From: Armatimonadota bacterium
GTDB lineage: Bacteria > Sysuimicrobiota > Sysuimicrobiia > Sysuimicrobiales > Humicultoraceae
Direction of reading: 5' to 3'
DNA length: 38,788 bases
Assembly: GCA_052386995.1 (NCBI GenBank)
Contig: JBQTJP010000160.1
Location: 1-38,788, forward strand
This document shows positions 25,308 to 35,559 of this stretch, piece after piece. Both the position numbers and the translations under genes were made by a program. Under the pieces are notes generated by a model. It saw nothing but the letters and a program-made list of their open reading frames with translations, did no database searches and was not told where the DNA came from. Position 1 is the first letter of the stretch. Each line of letters starts with the position of its first letter.

Positions 25308-25706
25308 ATGACCCCAATGCGCGCCGAGCGGCTAGCCGAGGTGATTCGGGCCGAGGCCAGCGCCATCATCCAGCAGGGCCTCAAGGATCCTCGCATCGGG
25401 TTCGTGTCGATCACCGACGTGGTCGTGAGCGGCGACCTGCGACACGCGAAGATCTTCGTGAGCGTACTCGGGGACGACGCGGCCAAGCGCCGTACCATGG
25501 AGGCGCTGGAGCGGGCGCGGGGCTATGTGCGGTCCGAGCTCGGCGCACGTATCGCCGTCCGGTTCGTCCCACAGATACTCTTCCGACTCGACGAATCTAT
25601 CGAACGCGGCACCCGAATCGTCTCGCTGATCCGTGAGGTGACCGAGGAGGAGCCCCGTGGGTCCCGACGGGACGCCGGCGACGATCGCTCGGACCCTCAA
25701 GGATAG
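25308..25706 (+). CDS. rbfA: Ribosome-binding factor A
   Basis: R.ERLAEVIR, KDPRIGFVSITDV.VSGDLRHAKIFVS, RFVPQI.F..DESIERG. Confidence 0.97.
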   Translation: MTPMRAERLAEVIRAEASAIIQQGLKDPRIGFVSITDVVVSGDLRHAKIFVSVLGDDAAKRRTMEALERARGYVRSELGARIAVRFVPQILFRLDESIERGTRIVSLIREVTEEEPRGSRRDAGDDRSDPQG

Positions 25707-26658
25707 CCGCAGCACGCTGATCGTCTGCCACGTCGCCCCGGATGGGGACTGCCTGGGCGCGGGCCTCGCGTTGGGGATGGCGCTGCGGCGCCTGGGCGCG
25801 TCCGTGACCGTGGCCAGCGCAGACGGCGTGCCGGCCAACTTGGTGTTTCTGCCCGGCGCGGACGCTGTCGTCCGCCGTCCGCCGGATGGGACACCCTACA
25901 CGGTGGCGGTCACGATGGAGTGCAGCACTCTAGAGCGCGCGGGCCCGCTTGCGGCGACCGTGCGCGCCGCCGGGACGATTGTCGCCATCGATCACCACGC
26001 CGGCCACGTGCCCTACGCGCACCTCACCGAGTGGGATCCAAGCGCGGCCGCGGTGGGGGAGGTGGTCGCCGACCTCATCCGCACGCTCGGCGTCGAGATC
26101 GACCGCCCGATGGCGCTCGCCCTCCTCACGGCGCTTGTGACCGACACCGGCGTGTTCCGGTTCGGCAACACGACTTCCCGCACCCTGCGCCTCGCAGCCG
26201 ACCTGATCGACCGCGGCGCGACCGTCGGGGAGATCGTTCGCGCCGTCTACGAAGAGCAGCCGCCATCGGCCCTGCGGCTGCTCGGACTTGCGCTGGCCGG
26301 TCTCGAACTGCACGAGGGCGGCGCGGTGGCGACGGCCGTCGTCACTCCACGCACGCTGTCTGTGGCCGGCGCGATGCCCGAGGAAGCGTCGGGTATCGCG
26401 GCCATGCTGCGCACGATCGCTGGCGTGCGTCTCGCGATGACGTTCGAGGACCGCGCCGGGAAGGTCCGGGTCTCGATTAGGGCCCGGGATGGACTTCGGG
26501 CCGATCGGGTAGCGGAGGCGCTCGGTGGTGGAGGCCACGCCGCGGCGGCCGGAGCCGAGCCGGCGGGTGGGCTGGACGATGTCGTGAAGCGCGCCGTCGA
26601 CGAAGCGCGCCGCGAACTGTGGAGGAGCCGTGACGGGACGGAACCCGAGCGCCGGTAA
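25657..26658 (+). CDS. nrnA: DHH/DHHA1 nanoRNase / pAp phosphatase
   Basis: H..PDGDCLG, IDHH, TDTG.F, SIR, GGGGH..AAG; conserved rbfA-nrnA-truB order. Confidence 0.9.
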   Translation: MGPDGTPATIARTLKDSRSTLIVCHVAPDGDCLGAGLALGMALRRLGASVTVASADGVPANLVFLPGADAVVRRPPDGTPYTVAVTMECSTLERAGPLAATVRAAGTIVAIDHHAGHVPYAHLTEWDPSAAAVGEVVADLIRTLGVEIDRPMALALLTALVTDTGVFRFGNTTSRTLRLAADLIDRGATVGEIVRAVYEEQPPSALRLLGLALAGLELHEGGAVATAVVTPRTLSVAGAMPEEASGIAAMLRTIAGVRLAMTFEDRAGKVRVSIRARDGLRADRVAEALGGGGHAAAAGAEPAGGLDDVVKRAVDEARRELWRSRDGTEPERR

Positions 26659-27589
26659 CGGTCTTTCGGGAGTGCTCAACGTCCTCAAGCCGCCGGGGAT
26701 GACCTCCCACGACGTGGTCGACCACCTGCGACGGCTGACCGGGCAGCGCCGCATCGGGCACACCGGGACGCTGGATCCCGGTGCGTGCGGTGTGCTGGTC
26801 TTGTGTCTGGGCGCAGCGACACGGATCGCCGAGTTTCTGACGGAGCGGCGCAAAGGATACCGCGCAGAGTTCACCTTTGGCATGGCGACGGACTCCGGGG
26901 ACGCCTACGGCGCGGTCATTCAGGAGAGCGATGCCTCGAGCCTCGAGGCATCGGTCGTTGACGCGGCGCTGAACGAATTCGTTGGCGCGATCGAGCAGAT
27001 CCCGCCGATGGTTTCGGCGGTGCATCACGCCGGGCGGCGGCTCTACGAGCATGCCCGCCGCGGCGAGACGATCGAAGTAGCGCCCAGGCATGTGGAAATC
27101 ACCGAGTGCCGGCTGCTGGAGTTCGTCCCGGGCCGGCGGGCGACAGCACTCGTTCACATAGAGTGCTCGAAAGGCACGTACGTCCGGGCACTCGCGCGCG
27201 ACCTTGGCGAGCGGCTGGGTGTGGGAGCGCACGCGTCCTTCGTGCTCCGCACGCGAGCGGGACGCTTTGACGTCGCAGGGAGCCTGACCCTCGAAGAGAT
27301 CGGGGCGGCGGCCGCATCTGATGCCCTCGCGACACTGCTCGTGTCCAGCGATGAGGCCCTCGACGACCTCCCCGCCGTCGACCTCACCGCGAGCCAGCGC
27401 CAGCAGGTGCTCGACGGCCGTCCGCTGCCGCTATTCCAGATTCCTGGCTGGGCCCAGGTGCCGGCCGACTCCACGATCCGCCTTCGTGACAGCCGCGGGC
27501 TGGTTGCGCTGGCGCGGGTCGAGGCGGGACGCCTGCGGCCGTTTCGCGTGTTGCGCGGCGGGCACTCGCGAAGCGGGTCTGGACGATGA
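26630..27589 (+). CDS. truB: tRNA pseudouridine(55) synthase
   Basis: KPPGMTSHDVV, GHTGTLDP, Q.PPM.SA, CSKGTYVRALARD. Confidence 0.98.
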   Translation: MTGRNPSAGNGLSGVLNVLKPPGMTSHDVVDHLRRLTGQRRIGHTGTLDPGACGVLVLCLGAATRIAEFLTERRKGYRAEFTFGMATDSGDAYGAVIQESDASSLEASVVDAALNEFVGAIEQIPPMVSAVHHAGRRLYEHARRGETIEVAPRHVEITECRLLEFVPGRRATALVHIECSKGTYVRALARDLGERLGVGAHASFVLRTRAGRFDVAGSLTLEEIGAAAASDALATLLVSSDEALDDLPAVDLTASQRQQVLDGRPLPLFQIPGWAQVPADSTIRLRDSRGLVALARVEAGRLRPFRVLRGGHSRSGSGR

Positions 27590-28527
27590 ACGTCGTCGTC
27601 GGGCCGGAATCGTTCCGTCCGTCGACGCGCCCGGTCACCCTGGCCCTTGGCACCTTTGACGGCGTGCACCGGGGTCACCGCGCCATTGTCGATGCGGTGC
27701 GGACCTCAGCCCAGGCCGACGAGGGCGAGGCAGTCGTGACCACCTTCGATCCGCACCCGCTCACGGTTGTCGCGCCGCCGGCGGAGCCATTTTTGCTGAG
27801 CACACTCGATGAGCGGGTCGAGCTTCTCCGGGCCACCGGTATCGATACGCTCGTGGTCGTGCGGTTCGATCAACGCCTCCGCACGCTGAGCGCCGGGGGG
27901 TGGCTGGAGCACGTCTGGCGGCATCTGCGGCCGCGCCGGGTGGTCGTCTCGTCCACGCATGCCTTCGGCCACAACCGAGAGGGCGGCGTGATGATGCTGC
28001 GCGAGTGGGCCGGCACATGCGGCATCCACGTCACAGTCGTGCCTCCGGTCAGCGACGGCGGAGTGGTCATCAGCAGCACCGCCGTGCGCGGACGCCTGCG
28101 CGAAGGCGACGTGGGCGCGGCCGCACAATGGCTGGGGCGGTGGTACACTGTGCGGGGCGTCGTCGTTGCGGGCGCGGGCCGCGGCCGTCAGCTGGGTGTG
28201 CCGACGGCCAATCTCGACGTGGCTCCCGAGAAGCTGCTCCCGGCCGGAGGCGTCTACGCCGCATACGCCACGGTTGAGCAGACGACCTATCCGGCTGCGG
28301 TGAATATTGGCGTCCGTCCAACGTTCGGCGGCGACGGCCTTGCAGTTGAGGCACACCTGATCGATACCCAGGTTGATGTGTACGACCGGACGCTGGAGCT
28401 CGCCTTCGTGGAGCGCCTGCGACCGGAACGCCGGTTCTCCAACGTGGAGGCTCTCCGGGCGCAAATCGCCACAGACCTCCTGACGGCGCGTGAGGCGCTC
28501 TCCCAGAGGCAGCCAGGAGCCGTCTAG
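27586..28527 (+). CDS. ribF: Bifunctional riboflavin kinase / FAD synthetase
   Basis: GTFDGVHRGH, TFDPHP, ISSTAVR, GRGRQLGVPTAN, G.RPTF, EAHL, LRPERRF. Confidence 0.97.
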   Translation: MNVVVGPESFRPSTRPVTLALGTFDGVHRGHRAIVDAVRTSAQADEGEAVVTTFDPHPLTVVAPPAEPFLLSTLDERVELLRATGIDTLVVVRFDQRLRTLSAGGWLEHVWRHLRPRRVVVSSTHAFGHNREGGVMMLREWAGTCGIHVTVVPPVSDGGVVISSTAVRGRLREGDVGAAAQWLGRWYTVRGVVVAGAGRGRQLGVPTANLDVAPEKLLPAGGVYAAYATVEQTTYPAAVNIGVRPTFGGDGLAVEAHLIDTQVDVYDRTLELAFVERLRPERRFSNVEALRAQIATDLLTAREALSQRQPGAV

Positions 28528-28609
28528 GCCTGGAGTTGGTGCACTTCCTCGGCTCTTTCTGAGATCGAGAGTTGGCTAATAATATACCTTCGTCCAGTTA
28601 AGATTTGCT

Positions 28610-28638
28610 TTGCCCGGTCAGAACCCCTGTGTTAGGAT
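28610..28638 (+). promoter_or_regulatory. Putative promoter of rpsO-pnp
   Basis: TTGCCC (28610-28615), 17 nt, TAGGAT (28633-28638) with extended TG; AT-rich upstream tract. Confidence 0.65.
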
Positions 28639-28742
28639 ATTTTCTGAAGGCCCCGGCGGGGAGCCCCGTTGGCTCCAACGGCCTCTCGGCTGCGGGCGTC
28701 GTTGTTTATCCGAGGGATGATCGAGGATCTGGAGGAGCACCT

Positions 28743-29009
28743 GTGCTGAAGCCCGAGGCAAAACAAGGTGTTGTCGGAAAGTACCGCCGCCATGGAGAGG
28801 ACACAGGGTCGCCCGAGGTACAGGTGGCCTTGTTGACCGAGCGTATCAATCATCTCGCGGACCATTTGAAGAGCCATGCGAAGGATTTTCACTCGCGCAG
28901 GGGGTTGTTGAAGATGGTCGGCCAACGCCGGAGGCTGCTGGCCTACCTGGAACGGTCGGACGTCGCCACGTACCGGCGCCTCGTGGAGTCGCTGGGGCTG
29001 CGGCGCTAG
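28743..29009 (+). CDS. rpsO: 30S ribosomal protein S15
   Basis: [17 protein letters not shown]...[23 protein letters not shown]; 88 aa from GTG 28743 with GGAGGAG SD. Confidence 0.98.
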   Translation: MLKPEAKQGVVGKYRRHGEDTGSPEVQVALLTERINHLADHLKSHAKDFHSRRGLLKMVGQRRRLLAYLERSDVATYRRLVESLGLRR

Positions 29010-29068
29010 CCGCCAGCCCGTCGGTTTCGCGCGTCGATCGCGCGTCAATTAGGAAGGACGGTTGGTTC

Positions 29069-31315
29069 ATGGATCTCACGGCACAGGTGCGTCGCGCCGA
29101 GGCCACAGTCGGTGGCGAGCGCATGATCTTCGAGACCGGCCTGCTGGCCAGGCAGGCGAACGGCTCGGTGACGGTGACGCACGGCGAAACCGTCGTGTTG
29201 GTCACCGCGACGATGTCGGAGAGCCCGCGTGAGGGGATCGATTTCTTCCCGCTCACCGCGGATTTCGAAGAGCGCATGTATGCCGCCGGGAAGATCCCCG
29301 GCGGTTTCTTCAAGCGCGAAGGGAGGCCGGGCGAGCGTGCGGTCCTGACCTCCCGGATGATCGACCGGCCGCTTCGGCCGCTGTTTCCCAAGGGGTTCCG
29401 CAACGACGTCCAGGTGATCGCCACCGTCCTGTCCACCGATCAGGAGCACGATCCCGGCGTCGCGGCCGTGAACGGCGCGTCCGCGGCGCTTGTGCTCTCC
29501 GGCATTCCCTTCAAGGGGCCGGTTGGGGCCGTGCGGGTCGGCCTGATCGATGACCGCCTGGTCATCAACCCGACGCTGCGGCAGGTCGAGGAGCAGAGCA
29601 AGCTGGACCTGATCGTGGCCGGCACCGAGGACGCGATCGTAATGCTCGAGGCCGGCGGTGACGAGGTTCCCGAGGATCGGGTGCTGCAGGCCATCGATCT
29701 GGCGCATCAGGAGATCCGGCGCCTCGTTGGGGCGCAGCGCGATCTGGCCAGGACCGCCGCGAAGCCGCCTGCCGCCGTGACCATGGCCACACCCGACCCC
29801 ACACTCGAGGCCGCCGTGCGCGAGGCCACGCTGCCGCTGGTGCGAGAGGCTCTCGACCACCCCGAGAAGCTGGCGCGCGAGAACGCGCTGCGGGCCGTCG
29901 AAGCCGACGTGATGAAGCAGCTGCGCGATCGGTTTCCGGAAGGCGATGCGCAGATCATCAGAGTCATCGACGACGTGACGAAAGCCGAAGTACGGCGCCG
30001 GGTACTCGAGTCAGGCCGCCGTCCGGATGGGCGCGGGCCGAAGGATCTCCGTCCGCTGGCCTGCGAGGTGGGGCTCCTGCCCAGGACCCACGGGTCTGGC
30101 TTGTTTCAACGCGGACAGACCCAGGCGCTCTCGACGACGACGCTGGGCACGGGTGAAGATGAGCAGCGGATCGACGACATCGGGATCGTTGAGACGAAGC
30201 GGTTCATGCATCATTACATCTTCCCACCGTTCTCGGTGGGCGAGGTGCGACCACTGCGCGGGCCCAGCCGCCGCGACGTGGGGCATGGGGCTCTGGCCGA
30301 GCGGGCGGTGAGGACGATGATCCCGACGGTCGAGCAGTTTCCGTACACGATTCGCGTCGTCTCGGAAGTGCTGGAGTCCAACGGGAGTACGTCCATGGCC
30401 TCGGTGTGCGCGTCGACCCTGTCGCTGATGGACGCCGGTGTCCCGCTGCGGGCCCCGGTCGCGGGGATCTCCATCGGACTGATCACATCGCAGGACAAGC
30501 CGCCCGTCCTCCTGACCGACATCCAGGGGATCGAGGACGCCATGGGCGATATGGACTTCAAGATCGCCGGCACCCGCGCGGGTGTCACGGCGGTCCAGTT
30601 GGACGTGAAGATCGCCGGCCTGTCACCGCAGATTCTGGCAGACGCGTTTGCTCAGGCGAAAGCGGCGCGGCTTCAGATCCTGGATGTCATCGCCAAGGCC
30701 CTGCCCGCGCCACGAACCACGCTGTCGGCGCACGCCCCTCGGATACTGACCATCCAGATCAATCCGGACAGGATTCGCGACATTATCGGTCCAGGCGGCA
30801 AGATCATCAACAAGATCACGGCGGACACCGGCGCCAAGATCGACGTCGAGCAGGACGGCCGCGTGTCGGTCGCGTCGGTGAACGAGGACGCGGCGCGGCG
30901 TGCCATCCAGATGATCGAGGCGATCGTGAAGGAAGTTCAGGTCGGCGAAGCTTACCGGGGCCGCGTGACGCGCCTGATGAACTTCGGAGCGTTCGTGGAG
31001 TTTCTCCCGGGCAAGGAAGGCCTCGTGCATATCTCAGAACTGGCCTACGATCGGGTGAACAAGGTCGAGGACGTCGTCAAGATCGGCGACGAGATCGATG
31101 TGAAGGTCAAGGAGATCGACAACCTCGGCCGCATCAACCTCACCCACCGCGGGACCAAGCCACCGCCGCCCGGGTGGGTCGAGGAAGAAGATCGGCAGCC
31201 GGCAGATCTCCAGTCCCGGCCCCGCCACGATCGACCGCGCGGCCCGCATGCCAGGGACGGGCGTCCTCCGCGCCGCCGGGAGGGGCCTCGGGCCACCCGG
31301 CGCATGCCTCCGTAG
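29069..31315 (+). CDS. pnp: Polyribonucleotide nucleotidyltransferase (PNPase)
   Basis: FFPLT, GKIPGGFFKREGRP, HGSGLFQRGQTQ, ESNGSTSMAS, GDMDFK.AG, KH and S1 domains. Confidence 0.99.
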   Translation: MDLTAQVRRAEATVGGERMIFETGLLARQANGSVTVTHGETVVLVTATMSESPREGIDFFPLTADFEERMYAAGKIPGGFFKREGRPGERAVLTSRMIDRPLRPLFPKGFRNDVQVIATVLSTDQEHDPGVAAVNGASAALVLSGIPFKGPVGAVRVGLIDDRLVINPTLRQVEEQSKLDLIVAGTEDAIVMLEAGGDEVPEDRVLQAIDLAHQEIRRLVGAQRDLARTAAKPPAAVTMATPDPTLEAAVREATLPLVREALDHPEKLARENALRAVEADVMKQLRDRFPEGDAQIIRVIDDVTKAEVRRRVLESGRRPDGRGPKDLRPLACEVGLLPRTHGSGLFQRGQTQALSTTTLGTGEDEQRIDDIGIVETKRFMHHYIFPPFSVGEVRPLRGPSRRDVGHGALAERAVRTMIPTVEQFPYTIRVVSEVLESNGSTSMASVCASTLSLMDAGVPLRAPVAGISIGLITSQDKPPVLLTDIQGIEDAMGDMDFKIAGTRAGVTAVQLDVKIAGLSPQILADAFAQAKAARLQILDVIAKALPAPRTTLSAHAPRILTIQINPDRIRDIIGPGGKIINKITADTGAKIDVEQDGRVSVASVNEDAARRAIQMIEAIVKEVQVGEAYRGRVTRLMNFGAFVEFLPGKEGLVHISELAYDRVNKVEDVVKIGDEIDVKVKEIDNLGRINLTHRGTKPPPPGWVEEEDRQPADLQSRPRHDRPRGPHARDGRPPRRREGPRATRRMPP

Positions 31316-31327
31316 AGGAGCAATGTG

Positions 31328-32653
31328 ATGGAGCAGGTGGCGAAGTCCGTTCTGCCCAACGGCATGCGCGTCATCAGCGAGTTGATGCCGCACGTCCGCA
31401 CGGTCTCACTGGGCATCTGGGTCGCGACAGGATCACGGTACGAGGCCGCGGGGGTCCACGGCATCTCACACTTCCTCGAGCACCTGTTCTTCAAGGGGAC
31501 GCGTACGCGCTCGGCCTTGGAGATCGCCCAGGCCGTTGACGCGCTCGGCGGGCAGATGAACGCTTTCACCGACCGCGAGCACACGTGCTTCTACGTGAAG
31601 GTTCTTGCCAATCACCTGCCCGCGGTCGTCGAGATCCTCGCCGACATGCTCCAGAACGCTGCGCTCGATCCCGAGGCGATCGAGCGCGAGCGGCAGGTCA
31701 TCACCGAAGAGATCAAGATGTACGATGACTCACCAGACGAGCTGGTGCAAGACCTCGTCGCGCAGACGATCTGGAACGGCCATCCGCTGGGCCGGTCGGT
31801 CATCGGGACGCGGATGACCGTCGCGGGGATGACCAGGGAGCACTTCATTCAGTATATGGAGCAGCGCTACCGGCCGGACAACATCGTGATCAGCGCCGCC
31901 GGGAACATCGAGCACGACGCGGTCGTCGAGCTGCTGGGGCAGCACCTGGGCAAGTGGGACGGCCGGGGCGTAGTCCAGCCCACGGAGGCGCCCTCGCTCA
32001 CCCCAAGCGTCAGCATCCGGACGAAAGACATCGAGCAGGTCCACCTGTGTCTGGCGACGCGCGGTCTTCCACAGGCGGATAATGGGCTGTACGTGCTCGA
32101 GGTCATGGACAACGTCCTGGGCAGCGGGATGAGCAGCCGGCTGTTTCACGAGATCCGGGAAAAGCGCGGGCTGGTCTACACCATCTCGTCCTACGCCGCC
32201 GCGTACCGTGAGGGCGGGCTGTTCGTCATCTACGCCGCTATGAGCCCCGAGGGCGGTCCGGAAGTGGTCCGGCTGACGTTCGACGAGGTCGCCGCCCTGC
32301 CCGGATCGCTGACCGACGCCGAGGTCGCCCGGGCCAAAGAGTCGTTGAAGGGCAACGTGATGCTGTCGCTGGAGAGCACCGGCAGCCGCATGTACAACCT
32401 GGCGCGTTCGGAGCTTTACTACGGACGCCAGATCGGCCTTGACGAGATCATCGGTCGCATCGATGCGGTCACGACCGATGCCGTCCGGCAGATGGCGCTC
32501 GAGATCTTCACGGCAGACCAGCTGGCCATGGCCGCGATCGGGCCGTTTGGCGCCAATGGCACGATGCGCGCCGCTCTCGAGCACACCTTCGCGGCAAGCC
32601 TGGGCCGGCTTCCCACCCCGCGCGTCGCGCGTCTGGCATCCACTGCCGGATAA
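31328..32653 (+). CDS. M16 family zinc metallopeptidase
   Basis: Inverted zinc motif HFLEH (GISHFLEHLFFKGT), NAFT..E.T, GMSSRLF.EIREKRGLVY. Confidence 0.95.
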   Translation: MEQVAKSVLPNGMRVISELMPHVRTVSLGIWVATGSRYEAAGVHGISHFLEHLFFKGTRTRSALEIAQAVDALGGQMNAFTDREHTCFYVKVLANHLPAVVEILADMLQNAALDPEAIERERQVITEEIKMYDDSPDELVQDLVAQTIWNGHPLGRSVIGTRMTVAGMTREHFIQYMEQRYRPDNIVISAAGNIEHDAVVELLGQHLGKWDGRGVVQPTEAPSLTPSVSIRTKDIEQVHLCLATRGLPQADNGLYVLEVMDNVLGSGMSSRLFHEIREKRGLVYTISSYAAAYREGGLFVIYAAMSPEGGPEVVRLTFDEVAALPGSLTDAEVARAKESLKGNVMLSLESTGSRMYNLARSELYYGRQIGLDEIIGRIDAVTTDAVRQMALEIFTADQLAMAAIGPFGANGTMRAALEHTFAASLGRLPTPRVARLASTAG

Positions 32654-32698
32654 CGCCCGCGGGAGTTCCAATCGCGAACGTCGAACTTGCCCGCGGCA

Positions 32699-33505
32699 AT
32701 GAACCAGATTCGCGTGGCGGTCAGCGGCGCGGCCGGGCGGATGGGCCGGGCCGCGGTTCGCACCGTGGCCCGCGAGAGCGACATGCTGTTGGTAGCGGCG
32801 CTCGGCCGCGAGCGCGGCGTGGGCCGTGACGCGGGCGATCTCGCCGGCGCCTCCCCCCTCGGCGTGACCGTGTCCAGCGATCCTCTAGCGGCCCTCGCCG
32901 CGTCTCCGGACGTCTGGGTAGAGTTTGCGCCGGGAGCCCCCGCGATGGCGCACGCGCGGGCGGCTCTCGAGCGAGGTATCAGACCGGTCATCGGGAGCAC
33001 CGGCATCGCCGCGGAAGAGATCGAGCGGCTGCGGGCGCTGGCGACGTCTCGCCGCATTGGCGCGGTCGTCGCGCCGAACTTTGCCATCGGCGCGGTCCTC
33101 ATGATGGAGTTTGCCCGCATGGCCGCGCGGTTCTTCCCGCATGTCGAAGTGATCGAGCTCCACCACGACCGTAAACGCGACGCTCCCTCGGGCACGGCCC
33201 AGAAGACCGCGCGGCTGATTGCCGAAGCGCGCGGCGATCCGCCCGCACCCGCCGTGAAGGAAGAAGAAATGGTGACCGGGGCGCGCGGCGGGACGACCGA
33301 CGGCGTACGCGTTCACAGCGTCCGGCTGCCGGGCCTGGGCGCCCACCAGGAGGTGATCTTCGGCGGCCCGGGCCAGACGCTCACCATCCGGCATGATTCT
33401 CTCAATGAGGAATCGTTCATGCCGGGTCTGTTGCTCGCGATCCGTCGCGCGCGCGAGCTGGAGGGGCTGGCCTACGGCTTGGAGCATCTGCTAGGATTGC
33501 GGTAA
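32699..33505 (+). CDS. dapB: 4-hydroxy-tetrahydrodipicolinate reductase
   Basis: GAAGRMG, APNFAIG, E.HHDRKRDAPSGTA, HSVRLPG, IRHDS. Confidence 0.97.
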   Translation: MNQIRVAVSGAAGRMGRAAVRTVARESDMLLVAALGRERGVGRDAGDLAGASPLGVTVSSDPLAALAASPDVWVEFAPGAPAMAHARAALERGIRPVIGSTGIAAEEIERLRALATSRRIGAVVAPNFAIGAVLMMEFARMAARFFPHVEVIELHHDRKRDAPSGTAQKTARLIAEARGDPPAPAVKEEEMVTGARGGTTDGVRVHSVRLPGLGAHQEVIFGGPGQTLTIRHDSLNEESFMPGLLLAIRRARELEGLAYGLEHLLGLR

Positions 33506-33524
33506 CTTGACCGCGGAGGCAGAC

Positions 33525-34586
33525 GTGTCGTCTGGGTTTCACGTGGCGGTCGTGGGCGCCTCAGGTGTCGTGGGCGGCGCCATGGTTCGGGTGCTGGAAG
33601 AGCGGCGGTTTCCCGTCGCGCGTCTGCATCTGTTCGCCACGTCGCGCTCCGCCGGCAAGTCGATTCCCTTTGCGGGAACGCCACACGCGATCGAGGAGAC
33701 CGGTGACGCGCTCCTCGATGCTGACCTGGTGCTGTTCGCGGGCGGCGACGATGCCAGCCGGCGCTATGCCTGGGCGGTCGCCGACGCCGGCGGCGTCGCG
33801 ATCGACAACTCATCGACCTGGCGACTGGATCCCCGCGTGCCGCTCGTCGTGCCCGAGGTCAACGCGCAGGCGCTCGATGGGCATCGGGGCGTCATTGCCA
33901 ACGCCAACTGCTGCGCGATCGCCCTCGTCATGGCGATCAAGCCTATTCACGATGCGGCCGGCATCCGCCGCTGCATCGTTGCGACCTACCAGTCGACCTC
34001 CGGCGGCGGCATGGACGCGATGCGCGCGTTGCTCGAGCAGACGCGCGCCCTTGTCGGCATCCCGGACGCCCTCGAGCGCGGCGACCTGGAGCGAATCCAC
34101 GCAGCCGTGCAGGCCGAGCCCGTGGCCTTCAACGTACGGCCGCACTGGAAATGGATGGAGAACGGCGACACGGAAGAGGAAGCGAAGATCGTCGCCGAGA
34201 CGCGCAAGATGCTGGCGGCCGACATCCGGGTGAGCGTGACGACGGTGCGGGTACCGGTGCTCGTCGGACACACACTCGCGCTGCACCTCGATCTCGAGCG
34301 GCCGCTCGATCCCGCCGCTGCGCGCGCGGTGCTGGCGGGCGCGCCGGGACTGGAGGTCGTCGACGATCCGGCTGCCGGTCGCTACCCGACGCCCCTGGCC
34401 GCCGCCGGACGCGATCCGGTGTTCGTCGGCCGGATTCGCCCCGATCCGTTTGATCCTCATGGTCTTCGGCTGATCGTCTGCTCCGACAATCTGCGCAAGG
34501 GCGCAGCGCTCAATGCAATTCAGATCGCTGAGCAGCTCCTGGCCAATAACGCGCTCAGAGCGCGCACGCGTGTCGCACGCGGTTGA
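33525..34586 (+). CDS. asd: Aspartate-semialdehyde dehydrogenase
   Basis: VVGASGVVG, IDNSSTWR...VPLVVPEVN, NANCC catalytic Cys region, RVPVLVGH, DNLRKGAALNAIQ; GGAGG SD before GTG 33525 (TTG 33507 alternative). Confidence 0.96.
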   Translation: MSSGFHVAVVGASGVVGGAMVRVLEERRFPVARLHLFATSRSAGKSIPFAGTPHAIEETGDALLDADLVLFAGGDDASRRYAWAVADAGGVAIDNSSTWRLDPRVPLVVPEVNAQALDGHRGVIANANCCAIALVMAIKPIHDAAGIRRCIVATYQSTSGGGMDAMRALLEQTRALVGIPDALERGDLERIHAAVQAEPVAFNVRPHWKWMENGDTEEEAKIVAETRKMLAADIRVSVTTVRVPVLVGHTLALHLDLERPLDPAAARAVLAGAPGLEVVDDPAAGRYPTPLAAAGRDPVFVGRIRPDPFDPHGLRLIVCSDNLRKGAALNAIQIAEQLLANNALRARTRVARG

Positions 34587-34611
34587 ACCGCTCGATGTGA
34601 CGGGAGGGGGG

Positions 34612-35523
34612 ATGGCGATGGCTCCGTTCGGACATCTCATCACGGCAATGGTGACCCCATTCGATGCCTCGGGCGCGGTGGACTACGCCCGTGCCGGCAC
34701 ACTTGCCAAGAGGCTCGTCGACGGCGGGAACGACGGGCTGGTGATAGCCGGGACGACCGGCGAGTCACCCACGCTGTCCGATGAAGAGAAGATCCGTCTG
34801 TTCAAGACTGTCAGGGACGCCGTAGGCGATCGCGGCAAGGTGATTGCCGGAACAGGCACCTACGATACGGCACACTCCATCCACCTGTCGAAGGAGGCCC
34901 ACAGGGCCGGAGCCGACGGCCTGCTCCTGGTGAACCCCTATTACAACCGGCCATCCCAGGACGGGCTCTATGCGCATTTCCGTGCCATCGCGGAAAGCAC
35001 CCCGTTGCCGGTGATGCTCTACAACATCCCAGGGCGCACGGGCGTGAACTGCGCCCCTGAAACCATCGCGCGCCTGGCCCAGATCAAGAACATTGTCGCG
35101 GTGAAGGAGGCAGCGGGAAGCCTCGATCAGGTCTCGGAGATTCGCGTCCGCACCCCCGATGAGTTCGCCATCTACAGCGGCGATGACAGCCTGACGCTGC
35201 CCAAGCTCGCCGTGGGTGGCGTGGGTGTCGTCAGCGTGGCGGGCAATCTGGCCCCTGCCGCCGCCGAGATCCAGCAGATGATCCGTACGTTCTTTGCGGG
35301 CAAGGTGGCGGATGCTCTGCGCATTCACCGGCGGCTCTGGCCGCTGTTCAAAGTCCTCTTCATCACGACAAATCCCGTGCCGGTCAAGGCGGCCATGCGC
35401 CTTTCGGGCTTCGACTGCGGCAAGGTCCGGCTGCCGCTGGTGGATGCCACGCCAAAGGAGGAAGAGCAGATCCGCGGAGTGCTCCAGACGCTGAACCTGT
35501 TGCCCACGCCGGTTCAAGCGTAG
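34612..35523 (+). CDS. dapA: 4-hydroxy-tetrahydrodipicolinate synthase
   Basis: TAMVTPF, GTTGESPTL, PYYNRP, LYNIPGRT, AVKEA, YSGDD, NPVPVK. Confidence 0.98.
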   Translation: MAMAPFGHLITAMVTPFDASGAVDYARAGTLAKRLVDGGNDGLVIAGTTGESPTLSDEEKIRLFKTVRDAVGDRGKVIAGTGTYDTAHSIHLSKEAHRAGADGLLLVNPYYNRPSQDGLYAHFRAIAESTPLPVMLYNIPGRTGVNCAPETIARLAQIKNIVAVKEAAGSLDQVSEIRVRTPDEFAIYSGDDSLTLPKLAVGGVGVVSVAGNLAPAAAEIQQMIRTFFAGKVADALRIHRRLWPLFKVLFITTNPVPVKAAMRLSGFDCGKVRLPLVDATPKEEEQIRGVLQTLNLLPTPVQA

Positions 35524-35559
35524 ACACTGGCACGCTCATTCTTCCATTCAAATCAAAGC

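Noticed and set aside
33535..33550. parS-like GGTTTCACGTGGCGGT inside asd
   Set aside because: Only one arm matches TGTTTCACGTGGAACA (11 of 16); it is not palindromic and is explained by coding sequence.
35528..35542. Sigma54-like TGGCACG after dapA
   Set aside because: The -12 position reads TTCT instead of TTGC, and a good sigma70 promoter lies downstream.
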